Sequence record: PQ898399.1 | Length of the DNA stretch: 64,000 bases | Direction: 5' to 3' (one strand) | In this document: positions 43,566 to 53,094 of the stretch, piece after piece | Layout: each line of letters begins with the position of its first letter | How positions within the stretch are numbered: the first letter of the stretch is position 1 | Translations under genes and position numbers: made by a program | The notes under the pieces: generated by a model | What the model was told of the DNA's origin: nothing | The model's database searches: none | Seen by the model: the letters and a program-made list of their open reading frames with translations, nothing else

Positions 43566-46500
43566 TATTCATCAACCCATATGAAGTCAACAGTGCGAGT
43601 AGTTTCATTAGGAACAATACGAACGTTCTTAATCTGTAACCAATCGCGAATTGTCAAGTTATTGAAAGCTGAACCAGAAGTTGATACAGCACCAATTTCC
43701 CCTGCAGTAGGTCTCTGAACTGAGGTGTACATCTTACCAAATTCGTCCCACTCGCCAGTGACGATGTTGAAGTTACGAATCCAGAAAGTCTGAGCATTGT
43801 GGTTTAACTCTTGCACAGTTGGGCGTGGCGCCCAAATTTGATAGACCGCAGTCTTACCAATACCATGCTGAGTTAATACACCAGGACCTTTAACATATTC
43901 GTAATGGTCTACGAAACCGGTGTCTTGTCCTTCAGCATCTTTTTCCATAACTGGAACACCATAGCCAGGCAATTTGTTGTAAATTGCTGCTGACGTAATT
44001 GATGCAGACCATGAAGCTGGGTTATCATCTGATGGTTTAACATCAGGAGCAACTCGTCCTTCAGGAATCTGAACAGTCAATGGAGCTTGAATTTGAAGTG
44101 GCCCAGTCATTGAATCACCTGCTTTCTTAACGAACCCTTGAGCCGTTATTTCAAAAGCATTCTTGGTATTCAGAATGGTGTAAGTGCCAGAAGGGTCTAC
44201 AACTGAGAATGTCTTAGCATCTTTGTTCTGCAATGTTACTTGCTTAGATTGAGTACCAATGACAATTTCAGTAGAGGAAGGATTGATAACCATTGTACCA
44301 CCTTCAACTGAAAAGCCCTTATTAGCGTCAACTTTGTTCATTGCTGTCAGAGTCTGAGCAACCGTTACGTTTCCATTACGATTAAGCGTCAGAACTTTAT
44401 CTGTAGCAGTAAAATCAAGAGTTGAACCATTCGCCAGAGTTTCAATGTTCCAGCCATTCGCCAGAGTATTCAAATTGATTCTAGAATTACCCAGAGTGTC
44501 ACCAATATCAACAGATATAGTAGCATTCACGGTAGTGAATTTGGCCGTACTAGAGGACACCAGAGGAGCTTCTAGAGTAACATCCTTTTTGAATGTAATT
44601 TTGCCATTAACTACTTGGTCGATATCGCGGCGAACAAACTGAGTTGAATCAATTCCATCCAGTAAATCCGAATCAACAGCTTTTGCTTTAGCCGGCAAGA
44701 AGTATTGCAGAGCACGGTTCATCTCGTATGGAGATACTGCATAACCTTCTTTAGGCAAATCTGTTAAAGCGGGTTCGTTAATTAAATCACCTGGAAGCAG
44801 ACGACCAGAACCATTTAAAGTATCACCCTTAAAGGTGAGTGCTTTTTCTGATAATTTAACGAAACCACGCTGAGCTATAGTAGATTCCCAAGTTTTTTCT
44901 TCTTGGACAACATACTTAAAGTTCTTAGGAGAAACTGCTTTATTAGCAATAGTACCGGCTACCGTTTCAGCTTGGTTAGCAACTTGAATAATACCTTCGG
45001 TAGTTTCAGTAGCTTTCTTAGCATGCAATTTCTTAGGCGTAACAATCGTCTTATCATCAGTACCAGCATCAACTTGTACTTGAGTGGCCAGAGCAGCAGT
45101 ACCACGCTGAGTCTCAGATGCTTCTTTGATATCTAATGTATAATGGTCCCACAAGGTTCCTTGCTCAACTAATCCAGACAGAGCAACAACAGATGTTCTA
45201 TCGGTTGAATTGAAACGAGTTTTAACCTTTAATGGAGTTACGATACGTGTATCGTCCGTTCCGGTATCAAATTCAACTTGAGTTGCAATTTCAGCAATAC
45301 CACTTAAATCTTCACGAGCCTTACGGTCATTCAGAGTTTTAGGAGTAACTGCTTTTGTGTAATCTGTACCAGTATCTACTTCAGCTTGTTTAGCAATTTG
45401 AATCAAACCGATTCTTGAATCAGTTGAAGTTTTGCCATGAAGCGTTTCTGGAGTAACAACTACTGGGAAACCAGGTTGAGCTGGACCACCGGCAATTACT
45501 TCATTTTGAGTAGCAAGATAAACACCGCCCTGAGCTTGCTCAGTAGACTTGAATTGGAACAACGATTTTGGAGTTACCGCATCAATGTTGTTATCATAAT
45601 CATAAACGTTAGTACCTTTAGTATCACGTCCAATACCCGCAAGAGTTCCAGTTGTTCTGACTAATTTAAGAATACCAGTCAAAATCTCAGAAGCAATACG
45701 GTTATGCAGCTTCTTCGGAGTGATGATACGTTCATCGTCGGTTGAACCATTTGCTTCAGCTTGAGTAGCAGTTTCAGCAACACCACGACGAGTTTCTGTT
45801 GCTGTTTTTTCATTCAGCATCGCAGGAGTGACAATAACATCATCCAAATGCGGCCCAGGAGTTAGAGCTTGTATTTCAGTTAAAGTAACTAAACGAGCAA
45901 TACCGCGACGAACTTTAGTAGCAACACGGTTTGCCAGAGTTTGAGGAGTAATTGCTAACTCTTTTTCTGGATTATTTTCGTGGTCAACGTTTGCTTGGTC
46001 TTGACTTGCTAAAGCAATAACGCCTAAGCGTTTACGAGTTTCATTATCTTTAGAGTCAACACGCTCTACGGTCGGATCATTATCAGCAACAATCCAGTAT
46101 TTACTTCCAGAATGTTCAATATAAGATAATTGCAATACTGGAACATAAGAAGTAGTACCGTCAAAAGTAAGAACATCATTCATTACCCAAGTGGCATCAG
46201 GCGGATACTCTGAGCGTTTAGGGAATTGCAGTAATTGAAGACTTGAAGCAATTTTATCTCCAGTAGCTGCTCTGATATTTACTTTCTGTCCTTTGCGCAT
46301 ATAATTCATTGCAATAGTGACAGTATCGCCAATAGCAATATCAGTAGGTAAAGTTATATCAATAGTTTTCTGAGTGCTGTTATTTACACCAAAAACAGTA
46401 ACAACCTCATTTGGAATTAAAGTTACGTTGTCGGTGATCACACGCATGCGCGGACGTAAGTCGCCTTCCCAGATTCTCCAGATTGACTCTGATTCATCAT

Positions 46501-47359
46501 ATACAATGAATCCGTCACCAGAAGTACGAACTTCTACAGATTTTTGACCGACAGTACCGATATTGGTGTTATCATCGAAAGTACTAACAATCATGTGGAA
46601 TTGAGGGTTCTTTCCATCAAGGTCAGTAAAGTTGATGATATCTCCAGTGTTTGCATGTTTAGGCAAAGTAACACGGATTGGGTCTGGAGAAGTATATCTG
46701 CGAACTATAAAGTCGTTAGATTGAGCTTGAACGACTGCGCTTGGTGTTACAATACGAGCAACTCTTTCGTAATCAGAAACGTAAAGATTCCACAATCTAT
46801 TGCTGAACACAAACACATATTGAGACAGTGGATGAGTCATTTTGACCGAGCGAACTTTATTCGTAGGGCCACGCAGTACAATGTCTTGAATAGATGCGTT
46901 GATAGTTACACCAACGGTACCGGTTTTATTACCGATATCCTTCAGCATAATTGTATCGCCATCTTGTGGATTATTTGGTAAAGTGAAAATCATGTCATTA
47001 CCTTTTGCGGTATCGACAGAAATAAATTCACCTGATTTTAAAATTGTTGTTCCGCTTGAAACTACACGCCATTTTGCGTCGGTACGAACCGAAGTCCAAT
47101 AAAGTTCATTAAAATTGCCAGCAGGTTTTGCAATATCACGATTTGAAACCCAAATGCGGTTGTCGTAAATTACTGCGAAACCGGAAGTGTAGCCACGAGT
47201 AGAATCATACTGTTGTAATGTGTTTTCTTGGATAAGGAATTCAACGTTGACGCCATCGGATAACACCGTGCGGTCAGCAGTAGCAACGTTGACTATTTTT
47301 TCACCCGCAGCATCGAAGCCGTCAGCGCCACGAAACTTGCGTTTGATTGAATCTGCCAT
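43565..47359 (-). CDS. 34: Long tail fibre proximal subunit gp34
   Basis: MADSIKRKFRGADGFDAAGEKIVNVA; repeated AT..E..GTDD..VTP.KL units; ends VDFIWVDE. Confidence 0.97.
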   Translation of the reverse strand: MADSIKRKFRGADGFDAAGEKIVNVATADRTVLSDGVNVEFLIQENTLQQYDSTRGYTSGFAVIYDNRIWVSNRDIAKPAGNFNELYWTSVRTDAKWRVVSSGTTILKSGEFISVDTAKGNDMIFTLPNNPQDGDTIMLKDIGNKTGTVGVTINASIQDIVLRGPTNKVRSVKMTHPLSQYVFVFSNRLWNLYVSDYERVARIVTPSAVVQAQSNDFIVRRYTSPDPIRVTLPKHANTGDIINFTDLDGKNPQFHMIVSTFDDNTNIGTVGQKSVEVRTSGDGFIVYDESESIWRIWEGDLRPRMRVITDNVTLIPNEVVTVFGVNNSTQKTIDITLPTDIAIGDTVTIAMNYMRKGQKVNIRAATGDKIASSLQLLQFPKRSEYPPDATWVMNDVLTFDGTTSYVPVLQLSYIEHSGSKYWIVADNDPTVERVDSKDNETRKRLGVIALASQDQANVDHENNPEKELAITPQTLANRVATKVRRGIARLVTLTEIQALTPGPHLDDVIVTPAMLNEKTATETRRGVAETATQAEANGSTDDERIITPKKLHNRIASEILTGILKLVRTTGTLAGIGRDTKGTNVYDYDNNIDAVTPKSLFQFKSTEQAQGGVYLATQNEVIAGGPAQPGFPVVVTPETLHGKTSTDSRIGLIQIAKQAEVDTGTDYTKAVTPKTLNDRKAREDLSGIAEIATQVEFDTGTDDTRIVTPLKVKTRFNSTDRTSVVALSGLVEQGTLWDHYTLDIKEASETQRGTAALATQVQVDAGTDDKTIVTPKKLHAKKATETTEGIIQVANQAETVAGTIANKAVSPKNFKYVVQEEKTWESTIAQRGFVKLSEKALTFKGDTLNGSGRLLPGDLINEPALTDLPKEGYAVSPYEMNRALQYFLPAKAKAVDSDLLDGIDSTQFVRRDIDQVVNGKITFKKDVTLEAPLVSSSTAKFTTVNATISVDIGDTLGNSRINLNTLANGWNIETLANGSTLDFTATDKVLTLNRNGNVTVAQTLTAMNKVDANKGFSVEGGTMVINPSSTEIVIGTQSKQVTLQNKDAKTFSVVDPSGTYTILNTKNAFEITAQGFVKKAGDSMTGPLQIQAPLTVQIPEGRVAPDVKPSDDNPASWSASITSAAIYNKLPGYGVPVMEKDAEGQDTGFVDHYEYVKGPGVLTQHGIGKTAVYQIWAPRPTVQELNHNAQTFWIRNFNIVTGEWDEFGKMYTSVQRPTAGEIGAVSTSGSAFNNLTIRDWLQIKNVRIVPNETTRTVDFIWVDE

Positions 47360-47389
47360 AATGGTGCTCCTATTTGCTATTATAGAACT

Positions 47390-47397
47390 TATTTATA
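47390..47397 (-). promoter_or_regulatory. Late promoter of gene 34
   Basis: Perfect TATAAATA on the minus strand. Confidence 0.85.
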
Positions 47398-47428
47398 ATG
47401 ACTCTGTTACTAAATGAACGAGGTTCTA

Positions 47429-48352
47429 ATGTCTAATTTAAACTGTCTGTTCGACGAAGAAGACCAAGTAAAAGATGGTTACATTCTAGTCGACTTGTCT
47501 CAAATCGCATTGGCGACGGCGATGCACACCTTCAAAGATAAAGAGAAAATCACTACTCCGATGCTTCGTCATCTGGTATTGAGCACTCTGAAATTTAACG
47601 CATTCAAATTCCGCAAAGACGGTTACAACAAGGTGATTATTTGTTGTGATAATGCTAAGTCCGGTTATTGGCGTCGTGATAAAGCTTATTACTACAAAAA
47701 GAACCGTGCTGATGGCCGTGAAGAATCTGAATGGGACTGGGAAGGTTATTTCGAAGGTATTCGTACTGTAATTGAAGAATTTGAAAAGTACATGCCTTAT
47801 CATATGATGAATATCGATAAAATGGAAGCGGATGACCATATTGCGGTCCTTACTAAAAAGCTTTCGTTAGAAGGTAATAAAGTACTTATCGTTTCATCAG
47901 ATGGTGACTTTACTCAGTTGCACAAATATCCGAATGTAACTCAGTGGTCTCCAATGCAGAAGAAATTTGTTAAAGCGAAGACAGGTTCTCCTGCACTTGA
48001 TTGTATGATGAAAGTAGTGAAGGGCGATAAGAAAGATAACGTAGCAGCAATTACTGTGCGTTCTGATTTCTGGTACACTCGCGTAGATGGTGAACGTACC
48101 CCACCAACCAAAACTGCATTTGTTGAACAATGTTGTGACGCTGAAGATATCACAACTGTTCTTGAAGGTGAGCAGCTCAAACGTTTCTATGAAAACCGAG
48201 TGCTTATCGACTTCGATTATATTCCAGAAGATATTGCTAATCAAATTCTGGATTATTATAACTCTTATAAAGTACCTCCACGTGGTAAAATCTATCCTTA
48301 CTTCGTGAAATCAGGACTTTCAAAATTAACCAAAAACGTTAACGATTTCTGA
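47429..48352 (+). CDS. rnh: T4 RNase H (5'-3' exonuclease)
   Basis: VDLSQIALA, SGYWRRDKAYYYKKNR, EADDHIAVL, SSDGDFTQL, KGDKKDNVA. Confidence 0.96.
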   Translation: MSNLNCLFDEEDQVKDGYILVDLSQIALATAMHTFKDKEKITTPMLRHLVLSTLKFNAFKFRKDGYNKVIICCDNAKSGYWRRDKAYYYKKNRADGREESEWDWEGYFEGIRTVIEEFEKYMPYHMMNIDKMEADDHIAVLTKKLSLEGNKVLIVSSDGDFTQLHKYPNVTQWSPMQKKFVKAKTGSPALDCMMKVVKGDKKDNVAAITVRSDFWYTRVDGERTPPTKTAFVEQCCDAEDITTVLEGEQLKRFYENRVLIDFDYIPEDIANQILDYYNSYKVPPRGKIYPYFVKSGLSKLTKNVNDF

Positions 48353-48359
48353 GGAAATT

Positions 48360-48635
48360 ATGGCTAAAGAAAAGAAAGAACCAGTTGAATTTGACGAAGC
48401 AGTGCATGGTGCTGACCTCAAGAAACTAATTGTTGAAGCTGCTGACCATAAACTGAAAATCTCTGGTTTCCAGGTTCTAATCAAAGACATTCGTGACCGC
48501 GCCAAAGATGAACTTGGCGTTGACGGTAAGATGTTTAACCGACTGCTGACTCTGTACTTCAAATCTGCTCGTGATGAATTTGAAGCCGAAACTGAAGAGG
48601 CGATTGAGCTGTATGACACTGTTTTCCCTAAATGA
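48360..48635 (+). CDS. dsbA: Double-stranded DNA-binding protein DsbA (T4 family)
   Basis: KDIRDRAKDELGVDGKMFNRLL; between rnh and 33. Confidence 0.92.
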   Translation: MAKEKKEPVEFDEAVHGADLKKLIVEAADHKLKISGFQVLIKDIRDRAKDELGVDGKMFNRLLTLYFKSARDEFEAETEEAIELYDTVFPK

Positions 48636-48912
48636 TGAAACTCCGGCTGAAAAGCCGGATTCTGTTACTACATTAGTAGATAAACAGAACAATGGCTTCG
48701 CTATCGAAGCTTTAGTTAATGAACATGGAATGAGTTATCTTGAAGCTGCTACACATTGGTTAGAAGAAAATTCTTTCCCTGAAACTGCATTCGCTAAATA
48801 TATTCCTGGTAATATAATTGAAAAGATTATGAGCGAAGCATTAGACGATAATTTATTGCGTCCATCCTTTAGTAAACAGCAAAAGACAAATACACTCGAT
48901 TTCCTGTTATGA
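48613..48912 (+). CDS. 33: Late transcription co-activator gp33
   Basis: DKQNNGFAIEALV..MSYLEAAT.WLEENS..EALDDNLLRPS. Confidence 0.92.
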   Translation: MTLFSLNDETPAEKPDSVTTLVDKQNNGFAIEALVNEHGMSYLEAATHWLEENSFPETAFAKYIPGNIIEKIMSEALDDNLLRPSFSKQQKTNTLDFLL

Positions 48913-49562
48913 TTAAATTGCGCATGCCACCAAATGGTGGACGATATATCGACGGTAAGTCTGTGTACAAGTTGTACTTGATGTTGAAGAATCACTTCAA
49001 CGGTCGATATGATGTTGTCAAGTACAACTGGTGCATGCGAGTATCAGATAAGGCTTACGATAAACGTCGTGACAAATACTTCTTCAAGAAGTTATCTGAG
49101 AAGTACACATTAAAAGAATTGACCTTGATATTCATCAGTAACCTGGTAGCTAACCAGGACGCTTGGATTGGTGAAATTTCCGATGCAGATGCGTTAGTGT
49201 TTTATCGTGAATATATTGGTAAGCTGAAATTAATCAAGTCGAACTTCGAAGAAGATGTTCGCAATATTTACTATTTCAGCAAGAAAGTTGAAGTTAAATC
49301 GCTTAATGAATTATTTGATTATAATGATAAGGTTAACTCGTCATACATATTCAAATTACTTCAAAGTAATATCATCTCTTTCGAGACTTTTATAATTCTG
49401 GACTCGTTTCTGGACATTATAAATAAACATGACCAAGCAACCGATAATCTGGTCTGGTCAAACTACTCTACAAAGTTACATGCGTATCGAAAGATACTTA
49501 ATGTTGACCGCGAAGAAGCAAAACAACTGTTCATAAAAACTGTCAAAAACTGTAAATATTAA
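48909..49562 (+). CDS. 59: Helicase loader gp59
   Basis: [36 protein letters not shown]; ends KNCKY. Confidence 0.96.
   Translation: MIKLRMPPNGGRYIDGKSVYKLYLMLKNHFNGRYDVVKYNWCMRVSDKAYDKRRDKYFFKKLSEKYTLKELTLIFISNLVANQDAWIGEISDADALVFYREYIGKLKLIKSNFEEDVRNIYYFSKKVEVKSLNELFDYNDKVNSSYIFKLLQSNIISFETFIILDSFLDIINKHDQATDNLVWSNYSTKLHAYRKILNVDREEAKQLFIKTVKNCKY
49418..49425 (+). promoter_or_regulatory. Late promoter inside gene 59 that could serve gene 32
   Basis: Perfect TATAAATA about 150 nt upstream of gene 32. Confidence 0.55.
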
Positions 49563-49572
49563 GGTAAAATAT

Positions 49573-50493
49573 ATGTTTAAGCGTAAAAATCCTGCTGCCC
49601 TGGCTTCCCAACTGGCTTCCCTGTCTGGTTCTAAAGGTTTCAATTCCGAAGATAAAGGTGAATGGAAACTGAAGTTGGATAATGCTGGTAACGGTCAAGC
49701 GGTCATCCGTTTCCTGCCAGGTAAAGGTGATGAAGGCGTACCATTCGCTGTTCTGGTGAATCACGGCTTCAAGAAAGGTGGTAAATGGTACATTGAAAAC
49801 TGTACTTCTACCCACGGTGATTATGATTCTTGCCCAGTATGTCAATATCTGTCCAAGAATGATTCATATAACACCAACAACGAAGAATACAAGCTGTTGA
49901 AACGCAAAACTTCTTACTACGCGAACATCCTGGTTGTTAAAGACCCGGCTGCTCCAGAAAACGAAGGTAAAGTCTTCAAATATCGTTTCGGTAAGAAAAT
50001 TTGGGACAAAATCAATGCAATGGTTGCCGTTGACGTTGAAATGGGCGAAACACCAATCGACGTAACTTGTGCGTTTGAAGGTGCTAACTTCGTTCTGAAA
50101 GTTAAGAAAGTATCTGGTTTCAGCAACTACGATGAATCCAAGTTCCTTGGCCAATCTGAGATTCCTAACATCGAAGATGAAGCTTATCAAGCACAGCTGC
50201 AGGAACAAATGGTTGACCTGTCTACTCTGACTGCGAAAGACCAGTTCAAATCTTTCGAAGATAACCAGAAGAAATTCCTTCAGGTTATGGGTACAGCTGC
50301 TATGGGTACTGCCGCTTCTCGCGCATCTGCTCAGGCTGATAAGGTTGGTGAAGACCTGGACAACTTTGAAGATGACCTCGCGAGCTTTAACGCAGGTTCT
50401 CAGAAATCAGCACCAGCTGAAGACTTCATGGAAACTGGCGGTTCTGCCTCCAGCGGTGATGAAGACCTCGACGAACTGCTGAACGGTCTGTAA
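49573..50493 (+). CDS. 32: Single-stranded DNA-binding protein gp32
   Basis: [35 protein letters not shown] zinc site, acidic tail DLDELLNGL. Confidence 0.98.
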   Translation: MFKRKNPAALASQLASLSGSKGFNSEDKGEWKLKLDNAGNGQAVIRFLPGKGDEGVPFAVLVNHGFKKGGKWYIENCTSTHGDYDSCPVCQYLSKNDSYNTNNEEYKLLKRKTSYYANILVVKDPAAPENEGKVFKYRFGKKIWDKINAMVAVDVEMGETPIDVTCAFEGANFVLKVKKVSGFSNYDESKFLGQSEIPNIEDEAYQAQLQEQMVDLSTLTAKDQFKSFEDNQKKFLQVMGTAAMGTAASRASAQADKVGEDLDNFEDDLASFNAGSQKSAPAEDFMETGGSASSGDEDLDELLNGL

Positions 50494-50500
50494 TAAAAAG

Positions 50501-50522
50501 AAGGAGCCTTCGGGCTCCTTTT
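50501..50522 (+). terminator. Gene 32 terminator
   Basis: AAGGAGCC-TTCG-GGCTCCTT followed by T-rich sequence. Confidence 0.9.
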
Positions 50523-50536
50523 GTTGTTTTTGAACT

Positions 50537-50595
50537 AAGTAACTTTTACGTTACATTAGCCTCCCAATTCCCACCTAAAGTAACTTTTACGTTAC
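50537..50595. repeat. Two exact copies of 18-bp AAGTAACTTTTACGTTAC
   Basis: 50537-50554 and 50578-50595; each contains a GTAAC-N6-GTTAC inverted repeat. Confidence 0.9.
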
Positions 50596-50607
50596 GTTAA
50601 TTCTGCC

Positions 50608-50637
50608 GTTTACATCCTCTTTAAGCTGTGTTACTAT
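50608..50637 (+). promoter_or_regulatory. T4-type early promoter
   Basis: GTTTACA-17 bp-TACTAT. Confidence 0.85.
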
Positions 50638-50669
50638 ACTCTTACACCAACCAAACGGAGTAAAACAAA

Positions 50670-50894
50670 ATGGCACATATCTATCTCGGCGTTGCAGATG
50701 AAGAACATTTCGAAGTTGAAGTTGAAAAATTCGGTCTTAACTGTGAATTAGCAGGCGATGTAGAATGGGGATATGAATACAAAGTATTCGGTCCTCGTGA
50801 GAAAATTGTAAAATTCTTAACTGAATCTTACTGTGTAGGCGCTGATGAAACTGGCGAATTCTTGGCTGACACTATTTCTGAAATTTGCAACTAA
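50670..50894 (+). CDS. frd.3-like acidic protein
   Basis: GP.E...FL...YC.G.D pattern resembles T4 frd.3; 17 D/E in 74 aa. Confidence 0.7.
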   Translation: MAHIYLGVADEEHFEVEVEKFGLNCELAGDVEWGYEYKVFGPREKIVKFLTESYCVGADETGEFLADTISEICN

Positions 50895-50896
50895 CC

Positions 50897-50926
50897 GTTT
50901 ACATCACCACATGGATGTGGTATTAT
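50897..50926 (+). promoter_or_regulatory. T4-type early promoter
   Basis: GTTTACA-17 bp-TATTAT. Confidence 0.85.
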
Positions 50927-50958
50927 AGCACTATCAAAACAACAGAGAGTAAATCAAA

Positions 50959-51231
50959 ATGAAACAACTTGTAATTGACATTGTATGCGATCTCGTTAAA
51001 GAAAACGGTAAAGTAGTTGATTTAGAGTTTGATGACGGCTCTCGTTTCAATAGCCCATTTAGTGGTTTGAAATTTGAAGTTGTAAATGAAAGTGGTCAAG
51101 GCGGCGGATGGCCAGAAATTAAATTAATTGGTCATCAAGTAGACATCGGTCTTTGGGTTAAAGATTTTTATGCCCAAGACGAAGAAGATTATGAATACAT
51201 CATGGAAATGGTGGAAGATTGCACCGCTTAA
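50959..51231 (+). CDS. Second frd.3-like acidic protein
   Basis: IDIV start, GGWPEIKLIG, acidic C-terminus; 20 D/E in 90 aa. Confidence 0.65.
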   Translation: MKQLVIDIVCDLVKENGKVVDLEFDDGSRFNSPFSGLKFEVVNESGQGGGWPEIKLIGHQVDIGLWVKDFYAQDEEDYEYIMEMVEDCTA

Positions 51232-51235
51232 TAAT

Positions 51236-51254
51236 GGGGCCTTCGGGCCCCTTT
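51236..51254 (+). terminator. UUCG hairpin
   Basis: GGGGCC-TTCG-GGCCCC-TTT. Confidence 0.75.
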
Positions 51255-51264
51255 GGAGATTAAA

Positions 51265-51513
51265 ATGTTTTATGTTCTTTCTGAAGATTATAGCTATGAC
51301 GGCAGCAAAAACATTTGGGCTGGCAACAATTTAGTTCAGTTGTTTGACAAAGCTTGTACTCCAAAATGCATGCATCTCGTTGAAGACGAGTGTTATGACA
51401 TGGTAGTTGAAGTCTTCTCCCTTGAAGGCAAGATGGTTAAGCATGTGTATCTTGAGCCAAAGCACATGAAATCATTTGATGCTTTCAAAAAGTTGCTAAA
51501 AGTAGACGACTAG
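51265..51513 (+). CDS. Hypothetical protein
   Basis: SD GGAG. Confidence 0.7.
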   Translation: MFYVLSEDYSYDGSKNIWAGNNLVQLFDKACTPKCMHLVEDECYDMVVEVFSLEGKMVKHVYLEPKHMKSFDAFKKLLKVDD

Positions 51514-51515
51514 CC

Positions 51516-51545
51516 GTTTACATCAGGGCTATAGTGTGTTACTAT
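51516..51545 (+). promoter_or_regulatory. T4-type early promoter with 11-bp inverted repeat
   Basis: GTTTACA-17 bp-TACTAT; AGGGCTATAGT/ACTATAGCCCT. Confidence 0.88.
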
Positions 51546-51572
51546 AGCCCTATCAAAACAAAGGAGAATAAA

Positions 51573-51857
51573 ATGAAACTTCAACGTCAATCAATTAAAC
51601 TCGGAAGTGAATACAATGGCAAGTGGTACTTTATCATCGAAGGGAATGACCCGGAAGCTATTGAAGCTGCTGAAGACCGCCTTCGCGAAATGGAAACTGG
51701 TGCTGTTCGTGGTGATGGTGTGGTACTTACTTGGGACCATTACTGCGATGGCTGTCCCTGCTATGACGATGGCTTTGGTAGCGGTTTTTGGATTGAAATT
51801 TCTGAAGTCGAAGCTTTCAAAGCTGCCTGGAAAATTGCTAAAAAGGAACCAAAATAA
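51573..51857 (+). CDS. frd.1: frd.1-like protein
   Basis: MKLQRQSIK..GKWYF...CDGCPCYDDG..GFWI..EAFKAAWK matches T4 frd.1. Confidence 0.85.
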   Translation: MKLQRQSIKLGSEYNGKWYFIIEGNDPEAIEAAEDRLREMETGAVRGDGVVLTWDHYCDGCPCYDDGFGSGFWIEISEVEAFKAAWKIAKKEPK

Positions 51858-52183
51858 TGTCTAAATCTAGCTTCCACGTAACTGGTTACCCTAAAGTTAA
51901 AGTACGTTGTCAATTCGATAATTTTCCGGGTGTATCTTGGATTACTATGGAGTTTGACCCACATTCTCGCGGAAACCAAGTGAATGGCGTAATTGAAACT
52001 GGCTATGGCACCTTCCCGCTGGATGACCAAATCATCAACGGTTATCTTCAACGCCAGAAAGTAGGTGCGGCTTTCATCTTCACTAAAGCAGCATTTGAAG
52101 AACTCGCTGGTGCTGTTGAAGACGGAATGGAACTGATGCGTCGTCTTGTAAGGGCTGCTGGTTATGATTCGAATTCTTTCTGA
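51857..52183 (+). CDS. Hypothetical protein, 108 aa
   Basis: TAATG coupling to frd.1. Confidence 0.7.
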   Translation: MSKSSFHVTGYPKVKVRCQFDNFPGVSWITMEFDPHSRGNQVNGVIETGYGTFPLDDQIINGYLQRQKVGAAFIFTKAAFEELAGAVEDGMELMRRLVRAAGYDSNSF

Positions 52184-52262
52184 TTGGGAATGCAAATATT
52201 GCGGAACTAATCTAATGTTCGCTGGTGGTCGTTGTATCAAATGCGGAATGAGGCAAGGTTAA
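52164..52262 (+). CDS. 32-aa CxxC...CxxC zinc-finger peptide (not in ORF track)
   Basis: MIRILSDWECKYCGTNLMFAGGRCIKCGMRQG; stop overlaps the next ATG. Confidence 0.65.
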   Translation: MIRILSDWECKYCGTNLMFAGGRCIKCGMRQG

Positions 52263-52501
52263 TGGAACTTGAATACAAAAATATCTGTCTGATGAAAATT
52301 GGGCCAGACTTCTGTTTGGATACTTTGTATGCAAATGAAGCCTATGATAAACCATTTGTCATTGAAACGACGTATGGAACAGTTCATACTGTAGAATTAG
52401 TGTGGGAACAAGGTCGCAATAACAATTATCGTTTTGCTATTGGTTCAGGCGATGATGGTTATGTTCTTCCTAAGTACGTTGCTTATATTGAGGTACGATA
52501 A
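52262..52501 (+). CDS. Hypothetical protein
   Basis: TAATG coupling on both ends. Confidence 0.65.
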   Translation: MELEYKNICLMKIGPDFCLDTLYANEAYDKPFVIETTYGTVHTVELVWEQGRNNNYRFAIGSGDDGYVLPKYVAYIEVR

Positions 52502-53094
52502 TGATTCAATTAATTTATGCTTATTGTGGAACAAAGACTGTTGACGGCGAAAACGAATATGCTTTTGGTCTTAAAGACGGCTTGCCGTGGGGTCATATCA
52601 AGCGCGACATGCAAAACTTTGCAAAACGCACTAAAGATACAACTCTCATCATGGGAGCAAAAACTTTCATGAGTTTCCCAGAGCCACTTCCAGGGCGTAA
52701 GTCTATTGTTGTTCAAGATATGTCTCGTCCATTAGCAATTGCTAAAAATGGATTCTTTGCTGATGCTTATGTAAGTGAGCTTGAATTCATTGGATTCTTA
52801 GGCGGCGATATTATGGCTGCACAGACTTCATATAACAGCACAATTACTTTCAATCCAGGCCACGATTATTCTGTTATTGGTGGCAAGAGGATTCTAGAGA
52901 CGGCTCAGCCATACGCAGACCGTATTATCCAAACGTCAATACAGAAGAAACATCGGGTTAACTCTGATGTCACTCTGGACATGAGCTTCATTTCATATCC
53001 GGCATGGGAAAATGCGTTTCAAATGGTAGAAACGTCTTGGGTTCGTTGTGATGAACTAACTTCATTGACGGAGACTGTCTATGAAAGGGTATAA
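52501..53094 (+). CDS. frd: Dihydrofolate reductase
   Basis: AFGLKDGLPWGHIKRDMQNF, IMGAKTFMS, LPGRKSIV, SVIGG. Confidence 0.95.
   Translation: MIQLIYAYCGTKTVDGENEYAFGLKDGLPWGHIKRDMQNFAKRTKDTTLIMGAKTFMSFPEPLPGRKSIVVQDMSRPLAIAKNGFFADAYVSELEFIGFLGGDIMAAQTSYNSTITFNPGHDYSVIGGKRILETAQPYADRIIQTSIQKKHRVNSDVTLDMSFISYPAWENAFQMVETSWVRCDELTSLTETVYERV

Noticed and set aside
43565-47359. Repeated AT..E..GTDD..VTP units in gp34
   Set aside because: Normal gp34 fibre repeats at protein level; not a CRISPR array or diversity-generating retroelement
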